Of a stretch of DNA of 35,249 nt, positions 31,878 through 35,249 are shown piece after piece. Each line of letters starts with the position of its first letter. The stretch's first letter is position 1. The stretch is taken from NCBI GenBank assembly GCA_964468735.1, contig CAYXVS010000003.1, forward strand, positions 1 through 35,249. The letters are read 5' to 3'. The translations under genes and the position numbers were made by a program. The DNA comes from an uncultured Anaerolineales bacterium. Lineage in GTDB: Bacteria > Chloroflexota > Anaerolineae > B4-G1 > SLSP01. The notes under the pieces are model-generated. The model searched no databases, was not told where the DNA came from, and saw only the letters and a program-made list of their open reading frames with translations.

Positions 31878-32720
31878 ATGCTTAGACGGCAAATGGATAA
31901 CATGAAGAAGAAGTTCAATTTCGCAGCGTTGCTCGAGAAGGATCGATATGATGAGGCGCGCCCGCATCGGGGCGAGGTACTGGAAACCGAAGTACTCTCC
32001 GTCAGCGACAAGGACGTGATCGTGGCGCTGAGCGGCAAGCACGACGGCATCATCACGCGCCAGGATTTGGATATGGTGGATGAGGATGTCCTCGAATCGC
32101 TCCATGTGGGGAAGCAGATCCCGGTGAAGGTGATCAAAGAATCGCCCAAATTGGGCGGGATCATGGTCTCTTTGAAGAAGGGGTTGGAGCAGCAGGATTG
32201 GCTGCGCGCCGAGCGGTTCTTGGAGAGCGGCGAGGTCTTCGATGGCGAGGTGCTGGATGTCAATCGAGGCGGCGTGTTGGTGAACTTCGGGCGTTTGCAG
32301 GCCTTCGTCCCGAACTCGCACCTGACCTCGATTCCACGTGGCTTGCACGGGGATCGCCTGCGCGAGGCGAAGGAAGAGCTGGTCGGGGAGACGCTCTCCC
32401 TGTCCGTGATCGAGGTGAAGCAGCGCCGTCGCCGCTTGATCGTCTCGGAGCGGGTGGCGGAGCAGAAAAACCGCAAGCAGTTGCTGCAAGAGCTGGCCGA
32501 GGGCGATATTCGCTCCGGCGTGGTGCAAAATGTGGTCGAATTCGGCGCCTTCGTCGACTTGGGCGGCATCGATGGCCTGATTCACATCTCGGAGCTGGAT
32601 TGGGACTACGTGGATAATCCCCGCTCCGTGGTGAAAGAGGGCGATGAGATTGAGGTCTACGTGCTCGATGTGGATCGCGAGAAAGAGCGCATCGCCCTGA
32701 GCCGCAAGCGCCTGATCTAA
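31878..32720 (+). CDS. S1 RNA-binding domain protein (three S1/OB domains; ribosomal protein S1-like)
   Basis: The three S1 repeats are GEVLETEVLSVSDKDVIVAL..HDGIITRQDL, GEVFDGEVLDVNRGGVLVNFGRLQAFVPNSHL, and GDIRSGVVQNVVEFGAFVDLGGIDGLIHISEL...GDEIEVYVLDVDREKERIALSRK. The start is set at ATG 31878, which has AAGGAGG 5 nt upstream. Confidence 0.8.
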   Translation: MLRRQMDNMKKKFNFAALLEKDRYDEARPHRGEVLETEVLSVSDKDVIVALSGKHDGIITRQDLDMVDEDVLESLHVGKQIPVKVIKESPKLGGIMVSLKKGLEQQDWLRAERFLESGEVFDGEVLDVNRGGVLVNFGRLQAFVPNSHLTSIPRGLHGDRLREAKEELVGETLSLSVIEVKQRRRRLIVSERVAEQKNRKQLLQELAEGDIRSGVVQNVVEFGAFVDLGGIDGLIHISELDWDYVDNPRSVVKEGDEIEVYVLDVDREKERIALSRKRLI

Positions 32721-32794
32721 CCCAAAGACGCGGCCCCGTCCCACATCGGCGTAAAGGCGCGAAGCTTATAGCAAAGCGCCCCCGCAAACGCAAA

Positions 32795-32834
32795 AATCCG
32801 AGCCTGCTGTACTTTAGCAGGCTCGGATTTTTTA
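32795..32834. terminator. Bidirectional rho-independent terminator (serves the S1-domain gene and the convergent SDR operon)
   Basis: The stem pairs aatccgagcctgct (32795..32808) with agcaggctcggatt (32816..32829) around a 7-nt loop. An A-run lies 5' and a T-run 3' (32828..32833). Confidence 0.8.
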
Positions 32835-32836
32835 TC

Positions 32837-32935
32837 TCACCCTTGCGAAGGTTAGCTACGCATCCTGCCCCAAAAGGTCTGTGTCCAGACCACAACGCGC
32901 GCCGGATAAAGTCCCTCTGGAACCTTCGCAAGGTT
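32837..32935. repeat. Palindromic intergenic element, family B copy 2 (14/15 arms, 67-nt spacer)
   Basis: The arms are acccttgcgaaggtt (32839..32853) and aaccttcgcaaggtt (32921..32935). They are the same arms and the same spacer length as 2915..3011. The spacer contains aaaaggtctgtg, reminiscent of the 900/31420 repeat. Confidence 0.75.
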
Positions 32936-32942
32936 TGCCGGG

Positions 32943-33740
32943 TTAAAACGCCTCGGCCAAGGTCATGACGCGCGGACATTTGCCGTCGATGTCGGTGAAG
33001 CCATACTCTTCGGCTAAGGCAGCAGTGTAGAGGATCTCGCCCGATTTGTCCATCACGTCGGGATCGGCGGCCAAGGCGGCGACGGCGCGCCCAACGAAGC
33101 GCGGCGATTCGGAGTTGCCCAGATCGAAATACTCTGCCGCCTGCATCACTTTCTCGGTGCGCACCAGGCCTGGATAGAGCGCGACGACCGCGACGTCGTA
33201 CGCCTCCAGCTCGAGCGCCATGTCGGCGGCCATCCGGTCGGTCGCGGCTTTGGCGACGCCGTAGATGGTGTTGGCGAGGTACTTTCGCCCCGCCCACGAC
33301 GAGATGTTGACGATCAGCCCGCTGCCCTGCTCGATCATCAGCGGCGCGGTGAATTGGCTGGCGACGAAGTGCGCCCGTCCCCCCGCCTCGAACATCGCAT
33401 CCCAGCGCCAACGCGGCTGCTGCCAAAAGGGCGTCTCCCACGTGTAGTCGCCATTCTCGATCATCCGGTCGTATCCGCCCCAGACGTTATTGACCAGCAC
33501 ATCGAGGCGCCCCTGCTCGGCGCGGATGCGCTCGAAGACCGCCGCAACCTCGTCATCGTGCCGATGATCGCAGCGCAGGGGGATGATGTTGCGCGGCAAC
33601 CACGTCTGATCCGGCGCGGTGCGTCCCGTGATGTAGACCGTCGCGCCCGCCTCCTGCAATCCCAGCGCGATGCCCTTCCCCACACCCCGGCTCGCGCCGG
33701 TGACCAGCGCCACTTTATCTTTTAAGATACTGGTGTTCAT
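32943..33740 (-). CDS. Short-chain dehydrogenase/reductase (SDR) family oxidoreductase
   Basis: KVALVTGASRGVGKGIALGL is the TGxxxGxG motif, NNVWG is also present, and the catalytic motif is YGVAKAATDRM (YxxxK). The start is set at ATG 33740, which has AGGTGA 5 nt upstream. The track GTG at 33749 is also possible. Confidence 0.85.
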   Translation of the reverse strand: MNTSILKDKVALVTGASRGVGKGIALGLQEAGATVYITGRTAPDQTWLPRNIIPLRCDHRHDDEVAAVFERIRAEQGRLDVLVNNVWGGYDRMIENGDYTWETPFWQQPRWRWDAMFEAGGRAHFVASQFTAPLMIEQGSGLIVNISSWAGRKYLANTIYGVAKAATDRMAADMALELEAYDVAVVALYPGLVRTEKVMQAAEYFDLGNSESPRFVGRAVAALAADPDVMDKSGEILYTAALAEEYGFTDIDGKCPRVMTLAEAF

Positions 33741-33749
33741 CGCGCTCAC

Positions 33750-34295
33750 CTACCCTTGCGGCGACGCAGCGGGCCGATTAAGCTCGACGGCATCGCCCAA
33801 TTGATAGGAGAGGCTCACATCGCCGATGGTGTACTCGGTGTAGGGACTGATCAGGTTGGGATGCGCTCTGAGGTACAGGGCCTGGCGGCGCTCGACGACG
33901 GCGAACTCAGTCTCCAGCGCGCCGTGTCCGGCCAGATCATAGTGGAGGCGATAGACGCCCTCCTCCGTCAACGACAACGTATACTCACCGGGAAACGTGA
34001 ACTCCTCCGGCTCTAACACCCCCAGCGTCATCACCTGGACGCGCGCCCGCACCTCCGCAGGCGCCGCTTGCTCGACGATCTTCACATCGCCGTAAACATC
34101 CTCATCCGGGACGAAGCGCTGCTCGCCGGCATTGTACGCCCCAATGCTGACAAGAACCTCGCCGGCCTCCAACATCGTCAACTTGACGCGCGGCTCGAGC
34201 TGCGCGGGCGCGGGCGACGGCGTACTCTGACACGCCGCCGCCGCGACTATCATCAAGATCATCACCGCCGACACTCCCAAGGTTCGGATTCTCAT
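33750..34295 (-). CDS. Putative lipoprotein, function unknown
   Basis: The signal peptide with a lipobox-like Cys is MRIRTLGVSAVMILMIVAAAAC-QSTP. The mature part is beta-rich. Confidence 0.6.
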   Translation of the reverse strand: MRIRTLGVSAVMILMIVAAAACQSTPSPAPAQLEPRVKLTMLEAGEVLVSIGAYNAGEQRFVPDEDVYGDVKIVEQAAPAEVRARVQVMTLGVLEPEEFTFPGEYTLSLTEEGVYRLHYDLAGHGALETEFAVVERRQALYLRAHPNLISPYTEYTIGDVSLSYQLGDAVELNRPAASPQG

Positions 34296-34325
34296 CGGGT
34301 CATCTCCATATCACTCCGTGATCGC

Positions 34326-34568
34326 TCAGTTGGCGAACAAAATTTCTAACAACGTACCAATATCGTCCCGACCTTCCAGCGTGCGGAGATTATAGACCTC
34401 GGTGTAGCCACAATTGCGGCACGAGACAAAAGCGTAACGATAGTTCTGCACCTCAAGGAGCCGCGAAAGCCCCGTCCCAGACATGGCCAAATGCTCGACG
34501 TGCGCGCCACGTTCACCGCACTTCGAGCACACAAACGATTCGGATAAACGACGATCAAGATCGGACAT
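34326..34568 (-). CDS. Zinc-ribbon protein (DUF2082 / zinc_ribbon_13-like)
   Basis: Two CxxC pairs are present: CSKCGERGAHVEHLAMSGTGLSRLLEVQNYRYAFVSCRNCGYTEVY. The architecture matches the small Zn-ribbon nucleic-acid-binding family. AAGGAGG lies 6 nt upstream. Confidence 0.6.
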   Translation of the reverse strand: MSDLDRRLSESFVCSKCGERGAHVEHLAMSGTGLSRLLEVQNYRYAFVSCRNCGYTEVYNLRTLEGRDDIGTLLEILFAN

Positions 34569-34835
34569 CAGGTGCCTCCTTTTGCTCTGATGGTAGCGTC
34601 AATTTGATTTTCACTCCTCATGGTACACGCCAAGCGCTCATGCCGCATCGGACATGTGGGCCATTCTAACCCGACCAGCCGACCAGGGTTTTTCCCTGGT
34701 CACATGACCAGGGCAGGAATCTGACGTCCGGTTGCCGCTTCATTCAATCTGATGTATCATCATTGTAAGACAGACTTGCAAGCCAAATCCACTTCATCCA
34801 CACAATTGAGAACCACTTTTATAAGGAGCTACCTG

Positions 34836-35249
34836 GTGACAAATAGAGAACCAGGCACAACCCATGCCATCAGCGACACTGGACCACTCATTTCTATCTT
34901 TCAATCCGACAGCTTTGACTTGGTAACCGCTATATTGCCCATCATTCACATTCCATCAGCATGTGAAACCGAACTGCTTCAACATGGATGGGATGAAGCC
35001 ATCCGATCCGCTACCCCGCTAATTAAGGTACATCCTCTCTCAAGATCCGAGAAAGCGATGAGTTGGACCATTGCACGGCGGATCGCATCTCATCCGCTAT
35101 CCCATGATCCCTTACCAGAAAATCACCTAGGCGAAGCCCAGGCAATGGCGCTAAGCATGCGACCCGAGTTTGCTCACGATATACTTCTACTGGATGAAAT
35201 GATCGCAGGAGCCGTAGCAAAAGAGATGCAGTTGAAGTTGTCTGGCTTT
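34836..35249 (+). CDS. PIN-domain protein (DUF3368/COG2405-like), 3'-truncated by the window end
   Basis: Hand translation from GTG 34836 (AAGGAG 7 nt upstream) gives VTNREPGTTHAISDTGPLISIFQSDSFDLVTAILP...HLGEAQAMALSMRPEFAHDILLLDEMIAGAVAKEMQLKLSGF. It is open to position 35249. The DTGPLI and GEAxAxAL...LLxDE motifs fit this PIN family. An in-frame ATG at 34752 is an alternative start. The ORF is not in the track because it has no stop in the window. Confidence 0.55.
   Translation, partial: MTNREPGTTHAISDTGPLISIFQSDSFDLVTAILPIIHIPSACETELLQHGWDEAIRSATPLIKVHPLSRSEKAMSWTIARRIASHPLSHDPLPENHLGEAQAMALSMRPEFAHDILLLDEMIAGAVAKEMQLKLSGF

Overview
High-GC bacterial chromosomal window. The likely source is Chloroflexota, because a DUF2298 membrane protein carries the diagnostic Chlor_Arch_YYY motif (SYYYLGYH) next to a second GT-C-like membrane protein. 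I saw no rRNA, tRNA, CRISPR array, transposase or integrase.

Layout:
- 1-3.7 kb: an ArsR-type regulator coupled to a truncated Cys/His-rich ORF, a glycogen-synthase-like GT-B glycosyltransferase, and a 2H phosphoesterase.
- 4-12.2 kb, plus strand: ComEA, a PDZ-polytopic-GAF sensor, DUF2298, a GT-C-like protein and an M28 peptidase.
- 12.3-13.2 kb: a low-GC orphan receiver domain whose phospho-acceptor Asp is replaced by Asn, plus a small membrane protein.
- 13.3-31.1 kb, minus strand: a PsuK-like PfkB kinase coupled to an unknown 318-aa protein, two paralogous polytopic SPFH (stomatin-like) proteins, and two tandem paralogous giant secreted DUF11/CARDB-repeat proteins of 2502 and 1578 aa.
- 31.9-35.2 kb: a three-domain S1 RNA-binding protein, a zinc-ribbon/lipoprotein/SDR operon, and a truncated PIN (DUF3368-like) gene.

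Most notable:
1. The giant-protein pair plus the SPFH pair is a candidate undescribed cell-envelope module. The two giants share a roughly 1290-aa collinear core and an identical-style C-terminal tail, YLPVI(L/V)(K/R)Q.
2. Several families of nested palindromic intergenic repeats occur. One has a perfectly conserved 15-bp stem and a 52-53-nt divergent loop, in three copies.
3. Base composition is strongly mosaic across the window.

All functional calls come from motif recognition by eye. No database search was run.
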